Below are positions 1 through 12,844 of a stretch of DNA of 64,000 nt, in pieces. The position numbers and the translations under genes are program-made. This DNA is from Trypanosoma brucei. Its lineage: Eukaryota. The notes under the pieces were generated by a model. The model was not told the DNA's origin. It saw only the letters and a list, made by a program, of their open reading frames with translations, and made no database searches. Where the stretch lies: the NCBI GenBank assembly GCA_000002445.1, contig CH464491.1, positions 4,864,001-4,928,000 on the forward strand. Direction: 5' to 3'. Every line of letters starts with the position of its first letter. Positions within the stretch are counted from its first letter, which is position 1.

Positions 1-50
1 TGCACACACTCACAACGCACTCCTATCATTACCATTACTATTCATACAGT
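1..50 (-). repeat. 70-bp repeat fragment (VSG upstream imperfect repeat), minus orientation, belonging to a VSG left of the window
   Basis: The sequence tgcacacactcacaacgcactcctatcattaccattactattc is the reverse complement of the 70-bp repeat core GAGTGTTGTGAGTGTG plus its TAA/TGA-rich part. Confidence 0.55.
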
Positions 51-155
51 ATTACCATACTACGTTACACATACTGGCCACTATCTTTTATATCTTAAAA
101 AATTCTCTCAAAAATAGAAATTTTCATAAAATTCATAAATTTGAGCAAAAATCCC

Positions 156-1653
156 AAATATTTTTCATCCCCAAATCAAAAATGCAAGCAAAAGAGAATC
201 TTTAACCCCAACAGAATTGCTTCCTGTGGTGTTTGTAGCTCCTGTTTTATCCTTGTTTTATCCCTTTCCTTTCTTTTTGGGCTTGAAAATTTCCCCATCG
301 AGCTCGCATTTCCCTTTGCATTCAGTTCCCTTCTTACCTGCGCAATCGTCTTCCTTTGCTTGGACTGTTGCTGTTACTGATTTGGCTGTTTGTTTGCTCC
401 TTTTAAGCGCCAGGCCAGAGAAATAAGCCAGTGCCAAGCCATAGTCGTCGCTTTCTGCGGCTGCCTTGATACTCGTTTTGCTTTCTCCTTTCTCTTGGCT
501 TAGTTGCAGATCGTCTGTTTCTAGGGCGCTGGAAAACTTGTCAATTGTTTTGCTCTCATCGGTTCCTAGTAGTTTTTTTTACTGCATTTTTACCTTGTTC
601 GCTGTTGTTGTCTCTTTTGGGCTCCCCTAAAGCTAGCAGTGCTACTTGTCGTGCTACTGGGTCGATCGTCAACGAGCCGACAGTCTCGCTTTTAATGGAT
701 TTCTGTGTTTTCGGCATCTCCTTCCGATTTTTGCACAGGTAGTGGACGAGGCGCGTACGGTTTATAGCCGGCTCCTTAGAGTCCTCTTCGGCCGGTTTCT
801 GGCAGTCGCTGCCGGTTAGAAACGGTAGGGACATGGCTGATAGAGGTCCAGGCTTGCCGGCTGTCCCGGTTCCGAGGCCTAGAAAGTTGGTGCCGCCGAA
901 TGCCGCGTCGTCGCTGCATCCCTTCTGCGTTTCGCAGCTGTCTAGGTCAGCGCCGCTGCTGCCTTGGATTGCGATCTTGAGCAGTGTTGCCGGCGGTTTA
1001 AAGTCTGCGTCCTCCACACCTCTATAGCTAGTAGCTGCAGGTAATTCACTTGCTGCATTTCTTAGGTTATCTTCCTGATTTTTTTCTGCGCAGCCTGTAC
1101 CGGCTTTGCCGGTTGTCAGTTGTAGTGTTACCGAAACAGCCATAGCTGCTGAGGGTATTATGCTGGCCGGCGTGGTTTCCTTTGCTGCAGCCGAGTACTC
1201 TGGAGTTGTCGCGGCGTTATTGTGCTGCAGGGCTTCTAGCTGTCCCTTTCTTCTGCTTATTTCGAGCGCTGTAGTTTTTACTGCGCCTGCTGCTTTTTGC
1301 AACTCCTTTGTTGCTGCGAGAGACTTCCGGTGCGCCAACGCCGCCAGGAAAGAAAATGTTGCGCCTGTTGGTGTTCCTGAATGCATAGCTGTTGCCAGTT
1401 CTAGTGCTTTTTCTTCTTCTGTCAACTTCTTTACGTTATCCGCGAGGGTTGACGCTGCTGTGCCGAATGCGGACTTAAGATGGGTGAGGTACTCCAGCTC
1501 TGTGCAGGCGTCGTTTACTGCTTGTACTGCGTTGCCATCCGATTGGCTTGATCCTTTTTTCGTGAACAGAAGGGCTAAAGCGGCGACTATTAGCCTTAAT
1601 GGTGGTGCTTTTAAGCTGTCGGTTGTGCTCAGGTTTCGCCTCCTCTGCGTCAT
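156..1653 (-). pseudogene. VSG: VSG pseudogene. Signal peptide and N-terminal domain are in the frame of ORF 556..1833, with the real ATG at ~1653. The C-terminal domain and a class-2-like GPI tail (..TNTTGSNSVGVKDSLLLAFLIWG*) are in another frame at 156..555.
   Basis: MTQRRRNLSTTDSLKAPPLRLIVAALALLF has signal-peptide character and is followed by an Ala-rich alpha-helical domain. My minus-strand translation of 156..480 gives ..AKEDDCAGKKGTECKGKCELDGE.. and ..TNTTGSNSVGVKDSLLLAFLIWG*, out of frame with the upstream part. A 70-bp repeat lies upstream at 2606..2695. Confidence 0.8.
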
Positions 1654-2605
1654 GTTTTCAAAGCAGCTTGCTTGGTGTTTCGCTTTGTTTTTCGTTTGAT
1701 TTCTACCTGGTTCGAATGCTGCTTTGTCGTTAACGGTTAAAGGTGTTATTTGTTTTGCCTTACTTGGTGTAAGAAGGTATTTGAGAAAGTCCTTGTGTAA
1801 TTTGTCTTGCAGTCTTGACATCCATGGCGGCACAATGGTTATAAAAAGATGTGCATTGTCGGTGTTGCCTCTTTTGCCTTAGTGCCCCATAAAATCTGAT
1901 GTGCTTCCGGATTTTTTTTGCTGCCATCGCTGGCAAGACGATCTGCCTTGCAATTGGAATGCCGATTGACAAAAGCCAATAAAAAATTTCAGCTTGCCTC
2001 CGCAGAAGCTGAAAAGGTGCTACAGAATAACTCTCTTCAGCGCCTCTATCTATCTTCATCTACAGGTACGGTCTTCTATCAGTTTTAATGGGGCCAACAA
2101 ATAGCCGCCTATATTTTGCACTTGACATCTTGATTTGTTATAAAGTTTAAAAAAGGAGTCTTTTCCATTTCAGCTGTTGCCTACATTCATTTCTGCGCGG
2201 ACAATATGACATCGTTTTTTCTTCATCTTTCACTTGATGCATTATTTGATTCTATAGTAAGCCGTTCCTTATAAGTTTGTTTTATTCATATTAACTTTTC
2301 CTCTTTTTCATTTTCTGTTGCTTCTTCTCAGAATGATGTAGCGACTCCATATGCCTTGTACACTAAACTTTCTGTCTCCACCTCATGGATAGCTCCTTTA
2401 TTTCCTTGTGTAAAACAATGCCCAAAGTTATGTTTGTATTTGAAACTGCGAATATTTTCTTTTTATTTTTCTCACCATCTCTCTGTCGTTTTTCTTTTCC
2501 TTTGATAAAGTTCCTCACTCTCCCACCCATTTATTTACTCCAAAAACACATTTTCCATTATTTTAAGTGCTTTTGTTTTTCCATTAATATGGTCTTTACC
2601 TTTGT

Positions 2606-2695
2606 TCTTATTATAATATTCGTATACACACACTCACAACACTCTTCTATTATTATTATTAATACTAATATCACTATTAAAACTCTGAATAATAT
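2606..2695 (-). repeat. 70-bp repeat, one copy
   Basis: cgtatacacacactcacaacactcttctattattattattaatactaatatcactatt, reverse-complement orientation, located upstream of the minus-strand VSG at 156..1653. Confidence 0.7.
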
Positions 2696-2834
2696 ACATA
2701 TAGGAAATAAACAAATTATAATTGCACAAATTTTTCATACCATATAATCCTCTTACTTTGTACTCCTAAGCCACTGTCATATGAAATTTCAAAATTTAGA
2801 TAGTTTCAATATTTTTCACATTTGTTTCGACAAG

Positions 2835-2850
2835 TGTTAAAATATATTGA
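2835..2850 (-). promoter_or_regulatory. VSG 3'UTR 16-mer (14/16 match to TGATATATTTTAACAC)
   Basis: The plus strand reads gtgttaaaatatattg, which is the reverse complement of the 16-mer, immediately 3' of the VSG pseudogene ending at ~2859. Confidence 0.6.
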
Positions 2851-2858
2851 ACAGTAAA

Positions 2859-4199
2859 TTAAAAAACGTAGAATGATTCAAAACACATAAAAGCATTGGT
2901 AATAAGACGTAATTTCTTATTTAAAAGAAAACTGGTACCTCTTCATTTTTCTTCTATCCAACCACAAACATATTTTTTGCCTGGATGAGTCTTTCCTTGG
3001 ACAACCTGGCATTTATCTTCGGTATCTAGGCTGGTGCATTTTGAAGTTGACTCCCCTGTTCCTCAATTTGTCTCTCCTTCTCCCTTTTTAGGTTTGCATG
3101 TTCTTTCTGTGTCAGATTTTCCACCTTTTTCTTCCCACCTGCAGCCCTTTTGGACGCAGGTTTCGTTATTTTTGTGTTTGTTGCAATTTGTCGCTGCAGT
3201 GTTTTCCTTGTCGATTGGGGTTGCTGCTGGAATGCTTAGCGCCATTTCTGGCGCTTCTTTTGCTTCTGCAATGATGGCGTTTGCAGCTGCTGCCTCTAGT
3301 TTGAGCATTTGGTTCAGTTTGTGGGCTTCCTGAGCGGCCACTTCCCGTTTGTTGAGTTCCGTCGCGAGCTCCTGAATGTTGTGAACCCACGGCACCTTTG
3401 CGATTGCGGCGGCTGGGTTTGCTGTGTAGCCTGTAATTTTGACGCAAACCCCATTGCCTTTGCTTCCGTTGCAGCCTGTTGTTACAAAATGGCCGATGTA
3501 GCCGTCGGTGTCCCCTGCTTCGATGTTGCTAAGGACGTTGTCGACTGCTGATGTAAGATCCGCGCTCCTGGCTGCGGCTTTTCGACGCTTTGGGCAAGCT
3601 TTGAGGGCAGTTTTCATGTCGGCGATGTTAGGTGCGCTGCTGCCGCTGTCCCACCCTGTACTGCCGTCTGCTTTTTTTGTGCATGTTGAGGACTGCCAGT
3701 TGCCACTTCCTCCTCCGGCGGCCTGCATGCATAGACATGCTAGTGCGGCTGCTACTGTCTTTACCTTTTGATTTTGGTCTGCTGCCTCGCAGACTGTCGC
3801 TCTGGCCGTTCCCCCGGGTGTCGCACCGAAAGCTGTGTCGAGGGTTGTGCTGTCGGCTGTCGTCGCGCTGCCTCCGTAGACAGCTGCCTTAAGTTTTGCC
3901 GTCGCCGTTGCGCTGTCTATTTTGCTTTTTTCTAGTCTTTCGATCTGTTTCTTTATTAGTATCGCTTTCCCAGCAAGTTTTGCAATCTCTCCGTGTGCAA
4001 GTTTTCTCTGTGCTGGCGTTAGCTTGTTTATGCCAGTCCCTTCGAGCCTTGGAGGCTTCGGCGATGCCAGTAGCTGTTCGGCTGCCTTCTTCCAGTCTCC
4101 CCAGAACTCTTCATAACCCTTTTTGCCCTGGCCCGCTTCCTCCGCCGTGTTGTGGTTTTTTTTTTTGGAGTTTCGTTTGTGTAAAACATCTTTTGCCAT
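2859..4199 (-). pseudogene. VSG: VSG pseudogene. The N-terminal domain is B-type-like (..AAALACLCMQAAGGGSGNWQ..) and no signal peptide is present. The C-terminal domain is frameshifted into ..TGESTSKCTSLDTEDKCQVVQGKTHPGKKYVCGWIEEK* and then a degenerate GPI tail FLLNKKLRLITNAFMCFESFYVF*.
   Basis: ORF 3063..4199 (378 aa) resembles the other type-B VSGs in the window and ends CRWEEKGGKSDTERTCKPKKGEGETN. My translation of the minus strand at 2859..3062 in the other two frames yields the C-terminal Cys box and a GPI-like tail. The ORF begins MAKDVLHK.. with no hydrophobic leader. Confidence 0.8.
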
Positions 4200-4299
4200 T
4201 CATCGCTCGAAGACGTTAAATTGAGCTGCTGTACGAAGTCGTAGTCGTCAGACGTAATCGCTGGTTCAGGTGGCACATTGATATCTCCTTCCGCTAGAG

Positions 4300-5681
4300 C
4301 TACAATTCCGCAGAGCGGCTGTACGCTTCTCTGTTGCCGCCTACAGTTACATCGTCGGCACTTTGAGCCAGTTTGACGGACAGAGCTAGCAAGATTAATA
4401 GCTGTTTGTACATTGGTTTTGGAAATTGGTCTACTTTTGCTGCATTTAGAATGAATATATATGGCGGTGAAGGTTTTTCTGTAGAGACTGTGGCATACAA
4501 GTTCGAAGATATGAATTTGAGGCTCTTCATTTGATTGTAGATGGTCTGCTATTGACTGCTACTCCTTTAAAGCATCTTTTGGGCAGTCAAACGTAGCCCA
4601 GTGTCTTCCAGATACTGCAGTAATCTGGGCTTTTGGTTGGCCATTACGACGAACAGGGTTGATTCTTTGTAGATGTATATAGTCCTGCAATGCAATGTGA
4701 TGGAAAGTGATCACATCCTGGTGGTTTCTCAGAAAACGACTTAGAGGTCTTTTTATATGCATCACGTAACGACAATCTTGCATATCCACAGTTAACAATC
4801 CCTCAAATTTCAATTTATTCCTTATGACTTCTCCAACCATAATGTCTTCATTGAGGACTATAAAATCAATATATGATTCGAAATTTCTGAATTTGATTGG
4901 TGACTTTACTAATTTTTTCAGAGGTTTATAATTTACAATTTCCTAAGCCACATCCTTAGATAGTGTAGAAGCATAACCAATAGTATGCCATGCAATTTCA
5001 CCACTAAAATCTTTATAGTATCCAACTGCTCTCCCCATATTCAATTTTTTTCTTAGTAATACTTCAAGGTACTGCAAATACAATGGCACTCTCATAAATA
5101 TATCATTATTTACTTTCATTATATAGGAACTATTTTTAGAAAATATCTCAGCTGCAAACTTGAACCACAGACATGTTTTTCTACTCATCGTGAGCTCTGC
5201 CTCCAAACCCCAATTACCCGCATCTCCAAATTTTCTTATTTTTTGTTGGGTTGGCGTCACAAACAGGTAAAATAATAATATCCTGATTTATATATCTTTT
5301 TTTCCAACACTTTCTCTCAGCTCGCAATTGTTATTTGTATGGGGTGAAATAACATATACTACAATCAACTTTCCCAGTAAAATTATTTGATTTCCTTGCC
5401 ACTTCAGGATAACTCCGACAAGTTTCTCTTTGTAAGTTCCGCCTTCTGAACCTTTCATCATTATCTATGGAAGGTATTCCAGCCACAACCAAATAATCTC
5501 TGGTTTTCCAAATCCTCTTCACATCTTGCGAAACAAATGCCATATACTCATTTTCAACGATTTCAAGTGAAATAGGATCTCCTTCACCAAGCAAGCTATG
5601 GAGCGATACAAATAAATTAATCCCCATAACTATAAAAGGTAAACAACAAAGTGCTGCATTAATACTTCCCATATTCTTCAT
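4300..5681 (-). pseudogene. UDP-Gal/UDP-GlcNAc-dependent glycosyltransferase (GT31, beta-1,3-glycosyltransferase-like) pseudogene, fragmented into four ORFs
   Basis: ORF 5331..5681 has an N-terminal type-II membrane anchor (AALCCLPFIVMGINLFVSL). It then reads YLVVAGIPSIDNDERFRRRNLQRETC, matching the GT31 motif (I/L)xSxxxNxxRRxAIRxTW. ORF 4943..5260 carries SYIMKVNNDIFMRV, a degenerate DDD(V/I)F motif. The reading frame is broken at 5260/5331, 4840/4943 and 4530/4559. Confidence 0.65.
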
Positions 5682-6384
5682 AACGTACTATTTCCATTAT
5701 AATAAAAATCTTTCAATGCTTTAGAAAAATTAGAAAGTTTAAGAAAAGAAGTAAGTTGTGTCACTAAGATTATTAGGTAAGAAATAGTGTCGACACATAT
5801 AACCAGTGCATTGTTATTTTTATGATATATGTGTTAAACTGCGTATGCTCACGCTGTTCGACTTGTATTTAAACTAACGCCTACGGGCATTGGCTTAAAA
5901 ATTGTTTCTATCCAGACGTTCTGCCGCACAATGCGTGTATTCCGCTTACCGCTTGCTTTCCTCAAAAGTATTTTCTATTAACTGTTAGTGGACTTTCAGT
6001 ATATAGTTGAACTTACGCGGGGAGCGTGCCATTAATTTTGCCACTTGCCAGTAAAAGGTACTCCAGAAACCCGCTTGCCTAACGTTTTCATCCTAGTGGC
6101 ACCTCAACTGCATCTCTTACTGTTTACGGTAACTTGTGGGTTTTTTTGGTTGCACACTGAACTACGCCTCTTCTTAATTGTATGATTCATCATATCCTTG
6201 TCTGTTACGATGCTCATTGTTGCATTCTTGCTTGAGGATGCCCATATTCCATCTCTTCTCTGTGTCTCTTCTAATAATATTTCTTGTGCCGCTGGAGCCG
6301 CCCACCTACTCCAATTTAAGCTTTTACAGTCGTCGTAACTCTTCGATTTGCGGTTGTGAGCATATACTTACCGCCGCTCTTATT

Positions 6385-6545
6385 ATAGTATTTGTATATG
6401 CACACTCACAACACTCTCCTATCATTGTTATCATTATTATTATTATCACTATAATTACTATTAATTTTATTACTGCTCTTATGATAATATTCGTATATAC
6501 ACATATTCACATCTTTCTCCTATTATTATCGTCATTATTACTCTT
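6385..6545 (-). repeat. 70-bp repeats, about 2 copies
   Basis: gcacactcacaacactctcctatcattgttatcattattattattatcact ... cgtatatacacatattcacatc in reverse-complement orientation. Confidence 0.75.
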
Positions 6546-6779
6546 ACTCTTGCACTTTCTATTGTAAACTTAACTTATGTTCATGAAATAGTTTTTAAAA
6601 AAATTATAAATATTTCATAATAGAACCCATTTGCCTACCATATTACCATATTACCATAATACTTTCTCTCATAGGCTAGTTTGATACCAAAATATTATAT
6701 TTTTAAAATTCTCAAAATTGTCAGCAATCTGCAAAGGTTTTACAAAAAGTATTAAAAAATATCAATCTTTAGAAAATTT

Positions 6780-8351
6780 AGAAAAACTTCTTAAAGTACC
6801 AAAATGCTACTAAACTCACAAAAGCAGAAACAATCAGAGCGAATTTTTGACGTAGAAAAAAACTGGAATCCTTGCAGTTTTTTTTTCCCATTTTCAGTTA
6901 TTGTCTTTATCGCAAGCATTTTTGTCTGTTCCATGTTTTGCACATTTCTCTTCCTTCTTTCTATCTTTCCCATCTTTCCCTCCTGTTTCTTTTTCTGCTT
7001 CTTTTTGTACTGTCTTTTTGGCTTCCTCACTCAAGGTGCACTTTTTGCCTTCACTATTTGAAGCAACGAAATGACATCCTGGCGTTTTGGTGCATCCAGT
7101 TTCATTTTTGTCGCCTACGTCATTGCAAATTTTCTCTGAAGTTTTGTTGTCGTCCTTATTTGCATTCTCTTTTAATCCCGCGATTTCGTCCCTTAAAGTT
7201 TTGACGTTCTGTTTGCGGTAGTAGTCTAGGACTGCAACGAGCTCCTTGATATTGCTTATTGTGCCCATGTCTTTTGTTTCGGGTGTTTTGGTTAGTAGGT
7301 TTACAACCTTGATCGTTGCGAAATTGTCATTGTATTTTTTACTCATCTCGTTTGGATCTCCAAACTTGGCCTTTATTTGGTCTTCAAGGTCTGTAGGTTT
7401 CGGTTTGTCAAGGTGGACATCCCCTAGTACCTGCTGCCGGTACATGGTCTGGAACAACGCGTCCTTTGCTAACTCATCTCGGGACGTGAATGCAAATGGC
7501 TTCCTCTCGTCTTTTACTGCTTCTGCTGCTGTTGTGGCTCCTTTTAGGAAGGGCGTTTAACCGCTACCAGTCATTAGTGTTTTGGCATCGATGGTCTGTA
7601 GGTCCGTCGTCAGTACGAACAAGCCCCCAGCGACCCTTTGGGTGCCTGCCATGTTACTGCCCGCGGCGTCTGCGTCCAGCAGCCGAGTGCTAGTTTGGGC
7701 GTGGGTTAATGTGCACTCCGCGCCGCCTGTCAAGGCTGTTGCCGTTGTTTTGGTGTTGAACTCGGTATCGGTGTAGCCTGTGTCTGTGAACTTTGTTGGC
7801 TTCTCTGGGCTTGGTTGCAGTTCGTCGGTGCGCGCCGCACACCCAGGTTCTTGCAGTTTTAGCCGGCCTTCGTTGCTGCCGGTGCGGGCAGCGCTGCCAT
7901 CCTCCTTTTGCAAGCAAGCATGTGTCGCCGCCGCTGCTGTTTGTGCCATCATTTGCAAGTATTCCTGTATCGCTCCTTCCTGACGTGCTGCGTCTGCTAT
8001 GGCCGTCGCGTATTTCGTTATTTGTGTTCCTGTTGCGGCTACAAATTCATTGCCGATTTTCGTGGCGTAAAAGAGCATCACAGCTGAGTCAAGCTTTGTA
8101 TATTCGCCGCCCTTCGTCGCTTCGATGTATATTTGGGTTTTGAGAAGCTGCTTCAGAGCCTCAGCGCCATTTCTTGCTGCCAGTGGCAATAAGTAAGCTG
8201 CTCTGTTCTGTACTTTTTGCAGTTCTGCACCCATTCCGCATGCTGCTTTCCACTTTGAAGCTTTTATTGGGTCTTGCGAACCGGTTTCACCCCGATTTGC
8301 TGCTGTCGTCAGACCAGCGACAACTAACAGAACTAGAATATGCTTCTTCAT
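6780..8351 (-). pseudogene. VSG: VSG pseudogene with signal peptide and B-type N-domain. It carries at least four lesions: a mid-gene frameshift, TGA at the conserved Cys, a 1-nt deletion before the GPI signal, and stop loss.
   Basis: ORF 7557..8351 begins MKKHILVLLVVAGLTTAANRG.., a signal peptide. ORF 6894..7457 is the C-terminal domain in another frame (..KCAKHGTDKNACDKDNN*). Beyond 6894 the minus strand reads aac tga aaa tgg gaa where NNCKWE is expected. Inserting one T restores ..TCKDSSFFLRQKFALIVSAFVSLVAFW. The normal TAA stop is replaced by TGG, adding YFKKFFLNFLKIDIF*. Confidence 0.85.
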
Positions 8352-8967
8352 AAAAGCTAGTGAACTTGTCGGTTGCCGTGTTGTATATGTTGGTTGAAGT
8401 CGTATTGATGTTTAAAGATTTACGTTTTACACTGAAATGCACATCGACACAAATTCACTTCTTTTACTGCAGTTCAAATGAAATACACACTAAATAACCC
8501 ATAGAAGACACTATTAATTATAACATTAGGCGGGATATATCTGTGTACACGTGCATCTACTGTAACAATCAAGAACAAAGGCATCACTGTCATCCACACA
8601 GTATTATCGAACCATTTCTCAGTGAAATAGGGAGCAAAATCCCCTTTTGTATTATTTTAGTTTGTGTTGCAATGTCCTTTGACCTAAGCTGTCACTTCAT
8701 TCCGTATTAGTTTCTCTTTGTGTACTGCTTCAGCGAATAAAGTATGGACTCCAATTGGCTAATGCACTGCATTCTTCATCTCTCTCATTGTTTTCTCCAT
8801 CACGTTATTGTGTCTGAAGGTGCGCATATTCCATCTGCTTCCCTATCACTAACTTTTGGCGTCTTCTTTAATAGTAATACTCCTGTTGCTCACTATCTTT
8901 TTTTTGCACCATCGGTATAGTTTAGATTGCCTATATTTTGTTTGTCCATTCATTCACCATCAATTAG

Positions 8968-9115
8968 CATTACAATATTACTATATGCACATTTACAACA
9001 CTCTCTTATTATTATTATCATTATTATTATTATTATTACTGCTCTTATTATAATATTCGTATATACACACACTTACAGCACTCTCCTCTCATTACTATTA
9101 TTATTATTATTTTTA
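8968..9115 (-). repeat. 70-bp repeats, about 2 copies
   Basis: atatgcacatttacaacactctcttattattattatcattattattattattattactgctcttattataatattcgtatatacacacacttacagcactctcc. Confidence 0.75.
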
Positions 9116-9305
9116 ATATTCTAATTATGTCCCTAGCTAATACTCTATAAAATAAACAAAATTAACAAGTAAACAAAATTAGAAAGTCATTTTAATAGCA
9201 CTCGCTTTGATAACTATTCACACTACTGCTTTACAACTATATTTCACGTTTATACCAAAATTTCATATTTTCTAATTTTCGCTAATTACTCACTTTCATC
9301 AAAAA

Positions 9306-9321
9306 GTGTTAAAATATATCA
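9306..9321 (-). promoter_or_regulatory. VSG 3'UTR 16-mer, exact reverse complement of TGATATATTTTAACAC
   Basis: The plus strand reads gtgttaaaatatatca, about 90 nt 3' of the VSG ending at 9413. Confidence 0.7.
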
Positions 9322-9412
9322 AATTTTACAAATATATAAAACCTCATAAACCTTCATAAAATTATGAAATTTGAAGAAAACTCTTTTAAAAATTTGTTAT
9401 AGAAGAAAACAA

Positions 9413-10735
9413 TTAAGCAAAAGAAGAGCATAAATTACGGTATAAATAATAATTGTTTCTTTTTGACCTTGCATTCACTTTTTTCCTTATTACAAGTATA
9501 TTTGTAGTGTCACATTTACCCTCTTCGGTGGCTGCGCACTCCTCTTTTTTATCCCCATTTTTATTTTCTCCTGTTTTGTCTGTTGGGTCTGATTTGGTTT
9601 CTCTGGATTCAGTTTTATGGTTTCCGCAAACTTGGCCATCTTTTCGTGGGGCTAGTAGAGCAGCGATTGCCAAAACTACTTTGTCGTCATCTCCGCTTAT
9701 AGTTTTGGGTTCACCTGTAACTTCTGTGCCACCAAAATTTGCCGTTATCTTTTCCTCGGTCATATTTTTCCATAGTCCATTTCGGAAGCTGTCTTTACCG
9801 GCGTTGTAAGTAGTTTTGATTTCATTTCCTAGAGTATTTTTTTTTCCGGTGTTAGTCGTCGTGGATATGTCCTGTTGATATGAAATGCTGCTGTTTATGA
9901 AGTTCTGAAGCTTAATTTGCGTCGAAATCTGCCGACTCTGTGTCTGTGGGCTCGCAGTATTTTTCTTTTTTCCACTCCTTTAGTGCTTTCCCTATGTCGG
10001 TCTTTAGTGTTTTCATTTCCTTAGCTTGCTCTGCGCCGTCTCCTTGGTGTTGCTGGAGCTGGCTTTTATGCCACAAATGTTCTTTGGGTCCGAGGGGTTT
10101 GTTGCTTGTTGCAGTTTATATGTCTTGATCGTCGTCAGTGCTGTTAAGTCGATGCCAGGTTCAGAGTCCTTTGCCGCGCTCGCGAAAGTGTTTCCGCATG
10201 TTTCGTCGCCGAAGTTCTTTAAAATTGTCGTCTCATATACCTTGTGATTTTCTGCTGCCCCGTTGGTGTGTGCGGTCCCAGCGTCAACTGCGGTTGTCTC
10301 TAGGTTAGTTAGCTTGGTTAGGCCCAAATGGATGCCGGCTATTGTTGCAAGTTTGCGTTGCAGGTCGCTGCCTTTGCTTATGCAGTTGCCTATCCTGTTC
10401 GCTAAGTTATCGAGTCGCCTGATTGCCAAGTGCATTGCTATCGCCGGTTGTGGTCGGTGGTCTTGAGTTTGTCGTTGTGCCGCACCGAAAATGATCGCCG
10501 TTTTGAGCTTGGCCATTGCTGACTCTTGTCTCCTCGCGAGAATATCTATTTTGTTTCTTTCCTCCCTAGAGGCAGCTAGTAGGTATATCTCGGAGGTGCA
10601 CGCGGTTGTTTGTTTGTTTTCCTGTGTTGATTTTGCTGTTGCCGTTATTTGCATGGTCAGAAGAGCTGCCAGCGTTATTGCCGTTGTGGCCCTGGCTTTT
10701 GGTAACTTCTTGGTGTCTGCTGTGACGGGTGCCAT
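9413..10735 (-). pseudogene. VSG: VSG pseudogene. ORF 10013..10735 holds the signal peptide and N-domain; ORF 9413..9763 holds the C-terminal domain in another frame.
   Basis: MAPVTADTKKLPKARATTAITLAALLTMQITATA.. begins the N-terminal ORF. The C-terminal ORF ..EEGKCDTTNILVIRKKVNARSK.. loses frame before the hydrophobic tail, and an alternative frame gives ..TIIIYTVIYALLLLNCFLL*. The two ORFs are separated by roughly 250 nt of out-of-frame sequence. Confidence 0.8.
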
Positions 10736-12844
10736 GGCGTTGTCTTGGCTTCCTTACACTTTGTATGCTAAGCTTTGGGAAACCTTGACTTAGTGCTTTA
10801 GTTTGCAGAGTGTTTCGGGGTTCCATAATTTTTATTGGTTGAACGCCTTTTTGATAAAACATTTTGCTGCTTCAATATTCTTATTAGCTGACGTTCAAGG
10901 AGCTTCGCGTAGATGTGGCTTCAATGTAAACAGAGTGTGTGGTATTTGTGAAATTTCTGATTTTGGAGCTGGTGATAGGTCTGGTTTTCTACTTTTTCAT
11001 AATTTTTGAGTTTATTTACCTTCGTGTTTTGTACTGCTTTTGTTACGGTTTGCAGCATTGGTGATAGCACCGAAACAAGGCCTGCTGATTTTTCTTCTAA
11101 TTCCTCTATTTCAAATACATTGAGTCACTCATCCTTTCAACTCCCATCACTACGGTAATATATTTCACACTTACCATTAATTTCAGCACTGGTTTCACAA
11201 CTAGGCTAGTCTGTTATATCATCCACCACCGGCCAAGGTGCAGTCACTTTCCAGTTACTGTATTGATGTTGTTATATTCACTTGCAGTTCGTGCCATATG
11301 ACTGGTACCACTCCCGCAGTTAGCTCTCACTTATAGAATGCCTTGGTTAATGTATTCACTCCTTGTGTATATTTCTTGGCTAAATTTGTTGAAGTTATTG
11401 TCGCACTCCTTTTTACATTCCATGGTTTTTCTTGCTTCTTCTTGTTTCTCTACACTTCACTTTCTCTGCATTAATGTAGTTCTTTTTGTTTCGGTAAATA
11501 AACCTAAATTCACAAAAGAATAAAATTTTCTCTAGCTATTCTCATTTTGGAACCATTCCCAGTAATTTTCGGATTTCTATTTACCTTTATCAGCCATACA
11601 AACATTATGCGATAACACTATGTATGGAGAGACTAAGGGGGTTTCTGCATCTAAATTGGAGTTAATTCAAGTTTCTACTAGTTATCAGAACGTAAAATAT
11701 TTTTTTGTTTGTTGTTCTGCGCCATTTGCCTGCGCACTTTGTCTGATAGTTTGTACTTTTTTCCTTTTGCTCTGTTATGCACTTTTCTAGCATCACCTTT
11801 ACCGTCGAATACTGCTTGAAACTTAAAAACATTCTCAGCTTTATCTTTCGTTCTTAACCGCGAGTATTTCATTCACTAGATTGCGTCGATTGCACCGTGG
11901 TGGTCGGCGTTAATATTGGTTCTTCTGAATTTAATATCATATCGGAATGCTGTACTAGGTTTTCTGCTTTGCTCAGCCTTGAAGGTGTTGTTTTTGGATG
12001 TTTAACTATACATCTAGTTCTCTCATTACAACTACTTTGAAATAAAAGCATCTGATCAATTAAAATATGTATTATATTAATCTAAACTGTTTCGCTTTTT
12101 ATATTTTAAACTTGTGAAATCTGTGTTTCACCACAGAAGTCAATGGAAATTATTGCAAACCTTCAACACAAATCTTGTTTATTACAAGTTTTTACTTTAA
12201 GATATTTTCTATGCCATACTATATGCATAACTAAAACATCTACCATAAATGGTTTTTGCGTCAGGCTACCTTTTTTGACCCTTGTTGTGCTTCCACATGT
12301 GCAAGATGAGATAAAGGTGACACTTCGGCCGTACACATAGTGTCGTGCATTTCGCAATGTTATCATAGTTACTTTCTGGTGTTTTTTTCTATATTTCGGC
12401 AGATACAGTCCTCAATGCACTTTTCCGCTTTGACTTTTATTTATACGCTCTTTAAATCTAGTAAACGTGTATTTTTATGTAAAATAATTGTTCCTTGAAA
12501 TATCCAACGGTTTATCGTTGAGTTTCTAGGAGAGAAGTGCAGCATAATTTGAAATATATTTTATAAAGATGTTCTGCGTTCTTTTCTGCGCGTTTTCTTA
12601 ACTTCTTTTGATCATTTTCCTTCAACTTTAGTGAGTACCTCTTCCTGCATTCGCCGTATTGGTAAACTTTGTGGATACATTTGACCGTTGGCTGCGGTCC
12701 CTCTCTTCATGCTTACTTCATCCTGTTTCTTTCGTATAATGTTTCGCCGTTTATTTCTGCGTTTTACAGTGCGTATAATCCACTCCACTCCCTGCACATT
12801 CTTTATTCGTAACATTCCTAGTATCTCCTTCTAAATTTTTACAT

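Noticed and set aside
11678..12051. Lys-rich small ORFs 11678..11872 and 11869..12051 in the 10.8-12.8 kb spacer
   Set aside because: They are short with no recognisable motif. They lie in an AT-rich spacer between a VSG and the unidentified gene copy, and are probably random.
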